Positions 1 through 10,348 of a DNA stretch of 64,000 nt are shown here, piece by piece. The DNA comes from Bdellovibrio sp. (GTDB lineage: Bacteria > Bdellovibrionota > Bdellovibrionia > Bdellovibrionales > Bdellovibrionaceae): positions 704,001 through 768,000 of the forward strand of contig JAKFBS010000002.1 in the NCBI GenBank assembly GCA_036677065.1. The letters are read 5' to 3'. A program made the position numbers and the translations under genes. Numbering within the stretch: the stretch's first letter is position 1; every line of letters begins with the position of its first letter. The notes beneath the pieces were generated by a model. It was not told the DNA's origin. It saw only the letters and a program-made list of their open reading frames with translations, and made no database searches.

Positions 1-570
1 CGGATCTTGAGTCGTTCCTAAATCGACCGCGCCTTCCCAAACTTTATCGGCTGGCAAGGTTTGTCCGCCACAGTCTGAATGATAAAAAGTTTTAACGATC
101 TTTTTATTTCTAGAGAGTACGATATCCTCAGTCGCTGCGACGACAAGATAAGCTTTATCAGAAGTCGTCCATTGAAATACTTGGTCCATTTGATCAGCAT
201 CGACATGAAATAATTTGTCGCGACGTTCATTCATGCGCGAAAATAAATACGAACGTGCAACAACGGCTTGAGCTTTTAAAGCCTCGACTGGCCAAGCCAA
301 GGGCATCTCTTTAGAAACTACTCCGGCTAAATAGTGCGTGAGCGGCACAACTTCGATCAGATCATATTTATTATTTTCTTTATGAACCACTTCATAGCGA
401 CGAGCTTGTGAACCAAAACGCGCGCTTAAGTTTTTCGGATACTGAGTTAAGTCTTTTTCGATACGCACCCGAACATGCGAAAATTCTGATTGCGTCGCTT
501 CAACCACTAGTGGAGCAAATAACGAAGCTATCGCCAATGTAACAATAAAATAAGAGCGAACCCAAACCAT
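1..570 (-). CDS. SpoIID/LytB-domain protein (peptidoglycan lytic transglycosylase-like); 3' end runs off the window
   Basis: Not in ORF track. Manual translation from ATG at 570: MVWVRSYFIVTLAIASLFAPLVVEA (signal-like)...YLAGVVSKEMPLAWPVEALKAQAVVARSY...FYHSDCGGQT, typical SpoIID motifs; frame open to position 1. Confidence 0.85.
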   Translation of the reverse strand, partial: MVWVRSYFIVTLAIASLFAPLVVEATQSEFSHVRVRIEKDLTQYPKNLSARFGSQARRYEVVHKENNKYDLIEVVPLTHYLAGVVSKEMPLAWPVEALKAQAVVARSYLFSRMNERRDKLFHVDADQMDQVFQWTTSDKAYLVVAATEDIVLSRNKKIVKTFYHSDCGGQTLPADKVWEGAVDLGTTQDP

Positions 571-643
571 GACTTATTTGACCGAGACTCTGTCTAAACG
601 ACTAGGAAATTTTATCCCTTAGGCCGCAGAGTTGGCCCTGTGT

Positions 644-1030
644 CTAGTTTAGTGATTTATACTTTTGCATGATCGTCTGTAAGAAAGTCCAGACTGTGCT
701 TTTGAGGTTTTTATTTGCGTGCAAAACTTGCGGAGAATAAGTCTGGTTTCCTGAAGCATCTGGACTAACTACTAAGTCAAAGTCGATCAGCGACTGCCCA
801 ACCACTTTAAGAGATAGATCATGCACCACCATATCACCATCCGGTATTTTCATTGCGGCTAACATATTAGTTAAAAGCGTATGGTCTTCTGTGGTGAATT
901 GATTGTAGTTTTCAACCCACACAGAGATTTTATGAGCTACTGTAGACACGGCCTCAAAAGAAGAACTTTCATCCTTCAAAATCTGGCTTACGCCCAATAC
1001 ATTTTTTAAATATTTGATATATTCTTGCAT
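644..1030 (-). CDS. Hypothetical 128-aa protein; degenerate family-4 UDG / DNA Pol III psi (HolD)-like
   Basis: LLTNMLAAMKI and TYSPQVLHANKNLKSTVW resemble the UDG4/HolD segments LLxxMLxAxxL and TYHPxxLLxNPxxKxxxW; no UDG catalytic motifs or Fe-S cysteines. Confidence 0.5.
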   Translation of the reverse strand: MQEYIKYLKNVLGVSQILKDESSSFEAVSTVAHKISVWVENYNQFTTEDHTLLTNMLAAMKIPDGDMVVHDLSLKVVGQSLIDFDLVVSPDASGNQTYSPQVLHANKNLKSTVWTFLQTIMQKYKSLN

Positions 1031-1232
1031 CTTGAGCCTTCAGGTATAAATCGCAATTGTCATTTTTTCAAAGACTCTTTTCGGCACTCAAATCAAATAT
1101 ACCAGCCAAAAGCGCCAGAATAGCCTAAACCGTCGACTTTTTTTACAGCTCCTTTTTACAGAGTCAAAAATCATAACATCTATTTAAATTAACACACCCA
1201 AGCTAAATTCTTTCAAAACAAGGAGTTCCCCC

Positions 1233-1964
1233 ATGAAACTACACTCTCTATTAATAACATCAGCTTTAGTTATCTCTGTAATAACTTCGGCGACATCAGT
1301 AAACGCTATGTCGGCAGCAGAATACGACACGCAAACTGAAATGTTCATGCCCGGTTATTTAGAAGAATTCGCTAATGCCGTTAATATGGATCAATTAAAC
1401 GTTAACGTCAGCTACCCGTTATCGACAACTGAAGTTGATGATAAGTGCGTAGCCTTGATGGACGGCAAAATGATCGCCGGTGATGTTGGGAGAGCTCTTT
1501 CGCAAATCTTTTTAGATAATCAACAAGGTTTAAGCAGTTTAGTTTCTGGTGGTTCTGTTAGGGCTAAATACTGCCCTCGTTACGGAAAAATGACAGCTAA
1601 AGAAAAATCTATCGTTTGGGTTTTTATCCTAACAGCGATGGCTCACTTTGAAAGTAACTGTACACGCACAGCTGCAGCCAAAGGACCAAACGGAACAGCT
1701 TATGGTTACTTCCAATTACACCGCGGTCATGAAGATAACTATGGTGGCGGTAACTTTTGTAAAAAAGGTGATGCGGCTAAACCTGCGGCTGCCAGCAAAT
1801 GCACTTTAGGTATGTTAGAAAAACAGTTCGTAAATCGCCAGGGCGAATTGTTCAGCAGCAAATCTTACTGGGATGTTTTGCGCCCAACAGGCAGTTCTAA
1901 AAAATGGTCTGTAATTAGACGAGCTTTAATGCGCTCTAGCCTTTGCAACCCGCAAACGATCTGA
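1233..1964 (+). CDS. Secreted lysozyme-like protein, DslA-like family
   Basis: Signal peptide, SD AAGGAG, YCP, catalytic-type AHFESNC, YGYFQL, SYWDVLRP, six Cys. Confidence 0.75.
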   Translation: MKLHSLLITSALVISVITSATSVNAMSAAEYDTQTEMFMPGYLEEFANAVNMDQLNVNVSYPLSTTEVDDKCVALMDGKMIAGDVGRALSQIFLDNQQGLSSLVSGGSVRAKYCPRYGKMTAKEKSIVWVFILTAMAHFESNCTRTAAAKGPNGTAYGYFQLHRGHEDNYGGGNFCKKGDAAKPAAASKCTLGMLEKQFVNRQGELFSSKSYWDVLRPTGSSKKWSVIRRALMRSSLCNPQTI

Positions 1965-1972
1965 TTTTAAAT

Positions 1973-3898
1973 TTACTCTTCTGTTTTTTCTAAAGAGTCT
2001 GAGCCGTCAAGCTCGGACTCTTCTGAATTTAAATGAATCAAAATTCTTTCAGCCAATACCCGATTAAAAGTTTTTAAAGCCGCAATAGTTTCAACATCTG
2101 ATTCTTTAATTGCCTCAACAGATGGAAACGCCTTAAGTAAAATCGCTTTTCTTTTTTCACCCAAACCACTGATTGCATCTAATTCACTTGAAAGACTTCG
2201 TTCTTCACGGCGTTTACGATGAAACGTGATAGCAAATCTATGGGCCTCGTCGCGAATGCCCGTTAAAATATGTAAGGCTTCTGAATTAGTTTTAAAGGTC
2301 ACCGGATTTGACCTGCCCGGAAGAAAAAATCGCTCTTCAGTCGATGAGACTTCTTCGGCCTTAAAATCAGCCTGTGTTCTGGCTTTAGCTAAGCCCACGA
2401 CCGGAATATCAGTTTTACCGATTTCTTGTAGAATACGAATGGCTTGCGATAACTGGCCTTTACCACCATCAACCACTAATAGATCTGGATCTTCGTATTC
2501 TGTATGTTTAAATCTGCGCGCTAAAACTTCATACATTGATTTAAAATCATCAATGCCCTCTACTGTTTGAATAATGTATCTGCGGTAATGATCTTTACTT
2601 GGGCGGCCATCTTCGAACACAACTTGGCTGGCTACGGTTTCAGTTCCTTGAAAATGCGAAATATCAAAACATTCAATTCTTTGCGGAAGTTTTGCCAAGT
2701 GCAGTTTAGTTTTAATTTCTGCAAGGCCTTGTTGTTTTTCTTCTTCTTTTGAAACTAATTTTTCAAAATGGGCTTTCGCATTTTGGTCAGCCATTTCTAA
2801 AAGTTTTTGCATTTTTGAATCATGACCAAATCGAACAACAACTTCTTTACCCGAGCGCTCTTTTAAAACGTCGTGTAATAATTTATTTAAATCTCCACCC
2901 AAATCAATAACCGTGATAATTTCATCCGGAATAAAATTATCTTCGTAATACTGATTCAAAAATGAAGTAAACCATTCTTGCGGGGATTCATCTGGTGAAG
3001 TGATATCTAAGCCACCTAAGTAATGTGGCCTTGCCCCGATCACCCGGCCTGAACGCACATGCAGCGTTTCAACCACCACACCGCGGGCATCACCATGAAA
3101 GCTTATGATATCCTGATCAGTTTCAGAGGCATCGTTAATAACAGTTTGTTTTTCTAAAATACTTTTAACTGACCACATTGAATTTCTTAATTTTGCAGCT
3201 ACTTCAAATTTTTCTTCATCGGCTGCTGCCATCATACGAACTTCGATGTCTTTAATAACTTTTTTGCTGCGGCCTTTTAAAAAGTCTTTCGCACCTTCGA
3301 CTTCGTCACGGTAAGCATCACGCTCAATGTATTTCACACAAGGCGCGGTACAACGACCAATTTGATAGGTCATACACGGCCGCGTGCGCGAACGAAACAT
3401 ATGGTCTGTGCAGTCGCGAATTTTAAATACGCGATTTAAAAAACGAATCGTGCCAAATACAGCGCCGCCTGAAGTGAATGGCCCAAAATACATGGCGCCG
3501 TCTTTATGAACCTTGCGGGCTAAATACAATCTGGGGTAATCATCACCCCACGAAAGTTTAATATAAGGATAAGATTTATCATCTTTAAGGCGAATATTAT
3601 ATTTCGGACGATGTTTTTTAATTAATGAAGCTTCTAATAAAAAGGCTTCGACTTCTGTTTTTGTTAAGATGTAATCAATCTTATCAATGTTATGAACAAG
3701 GGCTTTAGTTTTTGCCGAATGATCGGTTGAATTTAATAAATAACTGCGCACACGGTTACGAAGATTTTTGGCTTTACCGACATAGATGATCTTGTCGATC
3801 GTGCTTTTCATTAAATAGACACCCGACTGGGTCGGAAATTCTCGCACCAGTTCTTTTAGGGTTTCTATTTTTAAAAGGCCTTCTTCAAGTTTACTCAT
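1973..3898 (-). CDS. uvrC: Excinuclease ABC subunit C
   Basis: GIY-YIG (GVYLMK...IYVGKAKNLRNRV), RIECFDISH, DGGKGQL, RDEAHRFA, HhH tail. Confidence 0.98.
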   Translation of the reverse strand: MSKLEEGLLKIETLKELVREFPTQSGVYLMKSTIDKIIYVGKAKNLRNRVRSYLLNSTDHSAKTKALVHNIDKIDYILTKTEVEAFLLEASLIKKHRPKYNIRLKDDKSYPYIKLSWGDDYPRLYLARKVHKDGAMYFGPFTSGGAVFGTIRFLNRVFKIRDCTDHMFRSRTRPCMTYQIGRCTAPCVKYIERDAYRDEVEGAKDFLKGRSKKVIKDIEVRMMAAADEEKFEVAAKLRNSMWSVKSILEKQTVINDASETDQDIISFHGDARGVVVETLHVRSGRVIGARPHYLGGLDITSPDESPQEWFTSFLNQYYEDNFIPDEIITVIDLGGDLNKLLHDVLKERSGKEVVVRFGHDSKMQKLLEMADQNAKAHFEKLVSKEEEKQQGLAEIKTKLHLAKLPQRIECFDISHFQGTETVASQVVFEDGRPSKDHYRRYIIQTVEGIDDFKSMYEVLARRFKHTEYEDPDLLVVDGGKGQLSQAIRILQEIGKTDIPVVGLAKARTQADFKAEEVSSTEERFFLPGRSNPVTFKTNSEALHILTGIRDEAHRFAITFHRKRREERSLSSELDAISGLGEKRKAILLKAFPSVEAIKESDVETIAALKTFNRVLAERILIHLNSEESELDGSDSLEKTEE

Positions 3899-3911
3899 TA
3901 CCAGCTACTCA

Positions 3912-5987
3912 TTACTTCTCGTCACTCGAATCCCCCAGATGGGCATCACGAATTTGCAATTCTAAAATCTGCAGTCGTTTGATTTCATCACGCACCTTGG
4001 CTGCCTCTTCAAATTCCAGTTCAGCCGATAGTTTTTTCATCTTTTCTTTTAATTTTTTAATTTCATCCTGAATCTTATTCGGCTTAGCAGAAAACTTCTG
4101 CATTTTTTCTGCCGTTTTATCTTTTTCGCCTTTAAGTTTGTAAGCACTGACTGACCCATCGAATAAATCGCCAAGTCCTTCTTTGATTCTTTTCTTAATC
4201 GTGGTTGGTGTAATACCGTGTTCTTTATTATAAGCATCTTGAATTGCACGACGACGATAAGTCTCAGCTATAGCTTTTTTCATCGAATCAGTTTCGCGGT
4301 CGGCATACAAGATCACTTGCCCGTTGGCATTACGAGCCGCACGGCCGATAGTTTGAATTAACGAGCGCTCAGAACGTAAGAAACCTTCTTTATCAGCGTC
4401 GGTAATACCCACCAGTGATACTTCAGGAATATCTAAACCTTCGCGCAGTAAATTGATACCAACTAAGACGTCGAATACACCTAAACGCAGATCGCGAATA
4501 ATCTCGGTGCGTTCTAAAGTTTCAATTTCACTATGTAAATATTTAATTTTAATACCCAGAGATTCATAATATTCGGTTAAATCTTCTGACGAACGCTTTG
4601 TTAATGTTGTAATCAGTACGCGCTCTTGTTTGGCGATACGAATACGAATTTCTTTTAACAAATCATCAATTTGTGATTTCACCGGACGAATTTCAATCGG
4701 CGGATCAATCAACCCTGTCGGACGAATGATTTGTTCAATGATTAATCCTTCAGATTTTTCTAATTCATAAGCTGCGGGAGTTGCTGAGACATAAACAACT
4801 TTATCCATTAATTTTTCAAATTCCTGAAAATTTAACGGACGATTATCTAATGCCGAAGGCAAACGAAAGCCATGCTCAACTAAAGTTGATTTACGGGCTC
4901 TATCGCCGCGATACATTCCGCCGATTTGCGGAACCGTAATGTGCGACTCATCAATAATGGTGATAAATTCTTTCGGAAAATATTCAATTAATGTCGGTGG
5001 TGGTTCACCCGGCCCACGGCCTGTTAAATGGCGCGAATAATTCTCGATGCCAGAACAGAATCCAATTTGTTCCATCATTTCAATATCATAATACGTGCGC
5101 TGTTCTAAGCGCTGCGCTTCTAAAAATTTAATATTAGCTTTTAATTCATTAAGCCTGTGCCCTAGTTCATCTTGAATAGTCACGATCGCTTTTTTTAGCG
5201 AACCTTCACCTGTTGCATAATGTGATCCTGGATAGATGCCGATTTGATCCATCTCTTCAAAAACTTCACCGGTTAAAGGATCAATCCACGAAATCTTTTC
5301 GACAAAGTCGCCAAAAAATTCAATACGAATCACGCGTTCTTCTTCGTAAGGCGGAAAAACTTCAACGATGTCGCCACGAACCCGAATCGTCCCGCGCGAA
5401 AAATCCACGTTATTGCGTGAATACTGAATACGAATTAATTCTCGCAGTAAATCATCACGCTTTAGCTTTTGTTCAACAACCACATGAACCATCATGCCTT
5501 CGTAAGCTTCAGGAGAACCAAGGCCGTAAATACACGACACACTCGACACAATGATCACATCGCGGCGATCAAACAGCGAGCGCGTGGCACTGTGGCGCAT
5601 ACGATCGATTTGTTCATTAATCGCCGAATCTTTTTCAATAAAGGTATCTGACGATGGCACATAAGCTTCAGGCTGGTAATAATCGTAATAAGAAACAAAG
5701 TACTCAACCGCATTCTCAGGAAAAAGTTCTTTCATTTCAGAGTATAACTGAGCAGCTAAGGTTTTATTCGGCGCTAAAATTAAAGCCGGTTGATTCAATT
5801 GCGCAATTGTGTGCGCCATCGTAAAAGTCTTACCGGATCCGGTAACCCCTAAAAGAGTCTGGTGTTTAACACCCTTTTTAAAATTTGATACTAGCGTTTC
5901 GATAGCTTTTGGTTGGTCACCTGCCGGTTCGAACGGAGATACCAATTTGAAGTTTTTCTTAAACGCTTTCTTTTTAGCCTCTGCCAT
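3912..5987 (-). CDS. uvrB: Excinuclease ABC subunit B
   Basis: [18 protein letters not shown] hairpin, [13 protein letters not shown]-terminal UVR motif. Confidence 0.99.
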   Translation of the reverse strand: MAEAKKKAFKKNFKLVSPFEPAGDQPKAIETLVSNFKKGVKHQTLLGVTGSGKTFTMAHTIAQLNQPALILAPNKTLAAQLYSEMKELFPENAVEYFVSYYDYYQPEAYVPSSDTFIEKDSAINEQIDRMRHSATRSLFDRRDVIIVSSVSCIYGLGSPEAYEGMMVHVVVEQKLKRDDLLRELIRIQYSRNNVDFSRGTIRVRGDIVEVFPPYEEERVIRIEFFGDFVEKISWIDPLTGEVFEEMDQIGIYPGSHYATGEGSLKKAIVTIQDELGHRLNELKANIKFLEAQRLEQRTYYDIEMMEQIGFCSGIENYSRHLTGRGPGEPPPTLIEYFPKEFITIIDESHITVPQIGGMYRGDRARKSTLVEHGFRLPSALDNRPLNFQEFEKLMDKVVYVSATPAAYELEKSEGLIIEQIIRPTGLIDPPIEIRPVKSQIDDLLKEIRIRIAKQERVLITTLTKRSSEDLTEYYESLGIKIKYLHSEIETLERTEIIRDLRLGVFDVLVGINLLREGLDIPEVSLVGITDADKEGFLRSERSLIQTIGRAARNANGQVILYADRETDSMKKAIAETYRRRAIQDAYNKEHGITPTTIKKRIKEGLGDLFDGSVSAYKLKGEKDKTAEKMQKFSAKPNKIQDEIKKLKEKMKKLSAELEFEEAAKVRDEIKRLQILELQIRDAHLGDSSDEK

Positions 5988-5995
5988 AACTAAAT

Positions 5996-6024
5996 ATTTT
6001 AGGTCGTTATCAACGAGCTTTCAA
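5996..6024 (-). promoter_or_regulatory. sigma70-type promoter for uvrB (near-leaderless)
   Basis: Minus strand TTGAAA-N17-TAAAAT ending 8 nt before the ATG; no SD. Confidence 0.55.
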
Positions 6025-6054
6025 CCAACAAACCGTTGACCACGAGCGCTACTC

Positions 6055-6462
6055 CTATAAATGGCGAATCTCAGTAGGTTTATTCCACCAATTATTATTT
6101 AAACCATCAAAATAAGTTATAGGGGCTGCGATTAACTCTTCTGGCTGAACATCTTCCAGACATGAAAGAGCAATCGAAATATAAGCCCCACCCAACTCTT
6201 CAAGATGGCCTTTGCCGAACGGACGACAGCCGCAAGTTTTACAAAAAAGATGGTGGCCGCTGAATGTGCCAAACTGATAACCCGACAGGTTAGCCTCTCC
6301 AGAGATAAGCTCAAAGGCCTCGGGCTTTATGATGACGCTCCAATTACGAACTTTACGGCAATAAGTGCAATTACAACGGCCAGTGCCCTTGCTTAGATCA
6401 ATATCCGCTTTAATTTTAACCGCTCCGCAATGACAACTTCCGTGATAAGTTTTTTCAGCCAT
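6055..6462 (-). CDS. GFA/CENP-V family Zn-binding protein
   Basis: [20 protein letters not shown]. Confidence 0.93.
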   Translation of the reverse strand: MAEKTYHGSCHCGAVKIKADIDLSKGTGRCNCTYCRKVRNWSVIIKPEAFELISGEANLSGYQFGTFSGHHLFCKTCGCRPFGKGHLEELGGAYISIALSCLEDVQPEELIAAPITYFDGLNNNWWNKPTEIRHL

Positions 6463-6511
6463 ACCAAATTCCCTTCAAAAAATTAAACTCTTTATGCTTT
6501 TCATTATCGGC

Positions 6512-6540
6512 ACAAATATGTCATAATATGGCATATTTGT
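6512..6540. promoter_or_regulatory. 29-bp inverted repeat, probable WYL-regulator operator
   Basis: ACAAATATGTCATA-A-TATGGCATATTTGT: 14-bp arms, one mismatch, between the divergent GFA and WYL genes. Confidence 0.7.
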
Positions 6541-6547
6541 TTTTAAA

Positions 6548-7291
6548 GTGAGTTCAATGGCAAAAAGCAGCTATCAGGAAAAAAAATTACGTATGGATCG
6601 ACTTTTGGGAATACTTAAGTCTGAAGACCACTCGACCGTTGCAGGGATTGCAAAAACATTACGGGTCAGCCATCGTACGCTGATGCGCGATATTGAAGAG
6701 CTTCGAATTTCTGGAGTACCTGTTGAAGCTGATCGCGGGCGCGGCGGCGGCATTCGACTGAATTCACAATGGGGTCTTGGCCGCCTGCAACTGAATTATA
6801 AAGAATCATTAGATTTGATTTTATCGTTAGCAGTTATGGAAAAATTTAAATCACCGCTATTGTTAACCCACGTTAGATCTTTGCGTGATAAAGTTTTTCA
6901 ATCTTTTCCGGATGAGCATCGTAAAAAACTGCAACTTATACGCAAAAGAGTTTTAATCACCGAACTTGCTTCGACAGATGTCATCGAATCTAAAGAAGAA
7001 ATTCCGCTGAATGTGCACAATGCTCTTCATGAAGCGTTCTTTGAAATGAAGGTTGTAAAAATTTTTTACCAGGATGGCAAAAAGCAAATTACTGAAAGAA
7101 ATATCGAAGCCCATTACCTGCTTTTGAGTTGGCCTCTTTGGTATATCATCGCTTGGGATCATCTGCGCAACGATCTGCGTTCATTTCGTGTAGATCGCAT
7201 TAAAAAAGCACAAATTCAAAGTGCAAGCTTTCGCTTACACCACCAAGATCATTTTGCAAAAATTGTTCAATCATTTTCAGAAAGTCTTTAA
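6548..7291 (+). CDS. YafY/DriD-type wHTH-WYL transcriptional regulator
   Basis: wHTH (VSHRTLMRDI...GRGGGIRL) plus WYL domain (WYIIAWDHLRNDLRSFRVDRI); ATG at 6557 is an alternative start; appears to lack a C-terminal WCX domain. Confidence 0.93.
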   Translation: MSSMAKSSYQEKKLRMDRLLGILKSEDHSTVAGIAKTLRVSHRTLMRDIEELRISGVPVEADRGRGGGIRLNSQWGLGRLQLNYKESLDLILSLAVMEKFKSPLLLTHVRSLRDKVFQSFPDEHRKKLQLIRKRVLITELASTDVIESKEEIPLNVHNALHEAFFEMKVVKIFYQDGKKQITERNIEAHYLLLSWPLWYIIAWDHLRNDLRSFRVDRIKKAQIQSASFRLHHQDHFAKIVQSFSESL

Positions 7292-7298
7292 GTAAATG

Positions 7299-8756
7299 CT
7301 ATTTATTTACTTCCCAGAAGCTTCCTTCTGGCGTGTCGCTGACTAAAATATTCATTTCAGTCAGTTTCGCGCGAAGCTCATCCGACTTTGCATAATCTTT
7401 TGTTTGGCGAGCTAATGAGCGCGCAAGCACTAAGGCTTCAACAGCATGTTCATCAATCCCTGCTTTAGTTAAAAGCTTTTGATCCAACGCGCGTAAGAAT
7501 TTTTCTGCCGGCATTTGAAATAGCGCAAGTAATTTACCAAACTGCATAATGAATTCTTTAAACTGTTTTGCACGACCCGAAAGCGTTGCATTCGTTTTTG
7601 CCCCACGTTTGAATTGGCCATTAAATTTACGGATCTGATCAAACATAACCGCAAAAGCTTGCGGTGTAGAAAAATCATCATTGACATGTTCCATCATTTT
7701 TTCCCAAGCCGCATCAAGCTCAGTTTGGTATTTGGCATCGCCTTGACCATCTTCAGTGATAAAACTATCCGCCAGAGCTAAAGCTGAATATACACGCGCT
7801 AAGCCTGAAATCGCTTGGTCGATCGTTACATCACCAAATTCACCAACACTTCTGTAGTGAACTGATAACATCATCCATTTGTAAATTTCAGGATGATGTT
7901 CTTCAAGAAATTGGCGCATGTTTACAACATTACCTACTGATTTTGACATCTTCATGCCGCTGAAATTTAATAAATTCCAGTGCATCCAATAATTCACGTA
8001 GTGTTTACCGGTGCAACCTTCAGATTGCGCGATTTCATTTTCGTGATGTGGAAAAACTAAATCTAAGCCGCCACCATGAATATCAATTTGATCACCGTAC
8101 AGTCCATGCACCATTGCCGAACACTCAATATGCCAACCCGGGCGACCATCACCCCAAGGTGATGCCCAGCTTGAACCGTGCAAATTTTCATTCGGTTTTT
8201 TAGATTTCCACAAAGCGAAATCTAGCGGGTGATGTTTTTTATCATTTGCATCAATACGTACGCCCACTTGCATATCATCAAGCTTACGACCTGATAGTTG
8301 GCCGTAGTTTTTAAACTTATCAACCGCGAAATTAACATCGCCATCAGCTGCATAAGCACTACCGTTATTAATTAAATTTTGGATGAACTCAATAATCTGA
8401 GGCATGTACTCAGTCACTTTAGGATTGTGATCATGGGCACGTAAACCTAAATCAGAAAAATCTTTTTTATATTCTTTAATGTAATGTTCAGCAATGTCGT
8501 GAGCCGTTTTTCCTTCTTCTGCTGCGCGATTGATAATGCGATCATCTACGTCAGTAAAATTTAGCGCGTAATCAACTTTATAACCAATATACTCTAGCCA
8601 GTTTCTGACAAAGTTAAAAAACACTGGCCCGCGAAAGTTCCCTACGTGCAAATATGAATACACCGTTGGTCCGCAAACATAAATTTTTACTTGGCCGGGG
8701 TTAATCGGCTTAAATTCTTCAGTCTTTTTTGTCAGAGTATTATAAATTTTTAACAT
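7299..8756 (-). CDS. cysS: Cysteine--tRNA ligase
   Basis: [42 protein letters not shown]. Confidence 0.99.
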   Translation of the reverse strand: MLKIYNTLTKKTEEFKPINPGQVKIYVCGPTVYSYLHVGNFRGPVFFNFVRNWLEYIGYKVDYALNFTDVDDRIINRAAEEGKTAHDIAEHYIKEYKKDFSDLGLRAHDHNPKVTEYMPQIIEFIQNLINNGSAYAADGDVNFAVDKFKNYGQLSGRKLDDMQVGVRIDANDKKHHPLDFALWKSKKPNENLHGSSWASPWGDGRPGWHIECSAMVHGLYGDQIDIHGGGLDLVFPHHENEIAQSEGCTGKHYVNYWMHWNLLNFSGMKMSKSVGNVVNMRQFLEEHHPEIYKWMMLSVHYRSVGEFGDVTIDQAISGLARVYSALALADSFITEDGQGDAKYQTELDAAWEKMMEHVNDDFSTPQAFAVMFDQIRKFNGQFKRGAKTNATLSGRAKQFKEFIMQFGKLLALFQMPAEKFLRALDQKLLTKAGIDEHAVEALVLARSLARQTKDYAKSDELRAKLTEMNILVSDTPEGSFWEVNK

Positions 8757-8766
8757 TAGAGAATCC

Positions 8767-10269
8767 TTATCCTAGCTTGCTTAAAACTTTATTTACGCGC
8801 GCAAGTAAACTTTGTTTGCTCATCAATGGCACTAATAATTTTACTTCTGTTCCATGAGGCTTTCCGATTACAGCCACACGAATCGGCATAAATAGATTTT
8901 TTCCTTTTACATTAGCACCCGTCTTAACCGCGTTTTCCATCGCCACGAAATCCGCTTCAGAAAAAGTATCTGCTGCGTGATTTTCGATTTGCGTTTTCCA
9001 AACTGTTAATACGCTTTTAGTCGGCTCCCAACCAAGAGCTTCATTGCTTTCATCACTGATTTCAAATTTTGAATCATCTAATGATTGGTATAAGGCTACC
9101 GCATCGGCCAAAATTTCTAGTTTCGGTTTGAATGTTTCAACTGACTTCATTTGCCATTCAACTGAAGTGGCATCTTTTGGTAATTGAATTCCTGCCGCGA
9201 CCAAAAATGGATTTACTTGCTTCCAGATAGTTTGGTTATCTTGGGCACGTAAGTATTGTGAATTCATCCATTTTAATTTTACGCGGTCAAACACAGCACC
9301 CGAGGCATTTACGCGATCAAGCGTGAATAGTTTAATCATCTCATCCATCGAAAAAATTTCTTTACCTTCAGGATGTGACCAACCAAGTAAGGCCATAAAA
9401 TTATTTAAAGCTTCTGGTAAGTAGCCATCTTTCATAAACTGGTCACAGGCTACCGCGCCTTTACGTTTAGAAAGTTTTTGACGATCATCATCTAACACTA
9501 AAGAAATATGACCAAACTGAGGAGTCGGCCAGCTCATCGCTTCATAGATCATTAACTGGCGAAGTGTATTTGGTAAATGTTCTTCCGCACGTAACACGTG
9601 TGAGATCTTCATTTGATAATCATCAACTACACAACAAAAGTTATAAACAGGCATACCATCAGAACGAAGCAAGACGAAATCGCCGACCATATCAGATGGA
9701 AAACGAACTTCACCGCGAATAAGATCTGGCAGTAAATAATCTTTACGCAAATGTTTAGTTCTAAAACGCACAACCGCAGTTTTGCCAGTCGCAAGTTCTG
9801 CCTTAGCTTGATCGAGAGTCCAAGTTTCGTAAGGTGATTCAACGTGAGCGTTTTGATTAATCGCTTTTACGCGCGCACGCTCTGCATCTAGCTCTTCATC
9901 CGTCATAAAGCAGTAGTAAGCCAAGCCCTTTGCAATTAATTCGTCAGCGACTTTCTTATAGATGTCTAAGCGCTGTGATTGGCGATACGGAGCACATGCC
10001 CCCATATCTTTTAATGTTACAGGATCAACGCCCTCATCCCAGTTAAGACCAAGCCACACCATATCCTGCACCATCATGCGAAGTGACTCTTCAGTAGAAC
10101 GAGCTTGATCGGTGTCTTCGATACGTAAAATGAATTTACCGTTATTGTGTTTTGCAAATAGTAGATTAAATAAAGCGGATCTCGCACCACCCACGTGTAA
10201 ATAGCCTGTTGGGCTTGGGGCAAAGCGCGTACGAACTTCAGTAAAACCAGGATTCAAAGTAACTGACAT
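8767..10269 (-). CDS. gltX: Glutamate--tRNA ligase
   Basis: RFAPSPTGYLHVGG, RIEDTD, KLSKR. Confidence 0.98.
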   Translation of the reverse strand: MSVTLNPGFTEVRTRFAPSPTGYLHVGGARSALFNLLFAKHNNGKFILRIEDTDQARSTEESLRMMVQDMVWLGLNWDEGVDPVTLKDMGACAPYRQSQRLDIYKKVADELIAKGLAYYCFMTDEELDAERARVKAINQNAHVESPYETWTLDQAKAELATGKTAVVRFRTKHLRKDYLLPDLIRGEVRFPSDMVGDFVLLRSDGMPVYNFCCVVDDYQMKISHVLRAEEHLPNTLRQLMIYEAMSWPTPQFGHISLVLDDDRQKLSKRKGAVACDQFMKDGYLPEALNNFMALLGWSHPEGKEIFSMDEMIKLFTLDRVNASGAVFDRVKLKWMNSQYLRAQDNQTIWKQVNPFLVAAGIQLPKDATSVEWQMKSVETFKPKLEILADAVALYQSLDDSKFEISDESNEALGWEPTKSVLTVWKTQIENHAADTFSEADFVAMENAVKTGANVKGKNLFMPIRVAVIGKPHGTEVKLLVPLMSKQSLLARVNKVLSKLG

Positions 10270-10284
10270 GTAGTCTCCAAAATG

Positions 10285-10311
10285 AAAAAAGCCTAGATTT
10301 CTCTAGGCTTT
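10285..10311 (-). terminator. Intrinsic terminator after carD
   Basis: Minus strand AAAGCCTAGA-GAAA-TCTAGGC followed by T6. Confidence 0.75.
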
Positions 10312-10348
10312 CAATTCTGTCTTACTTTTTAAATCGAGTAAACCAATA

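Noticed and set aside
18..230. 70-aa minus-strand ORF in the track
   Set aside because: Alternative frame inside the SpoIID-like CDS (570 to <1)
6502..6511. GCCGATAA FliA -10 match upstream of the GFA gene
   Set aside because: No TAAA-like -35 at the right spacing; overlaps the WYL palindrome and a GATAAT hexamer, which explain the region better
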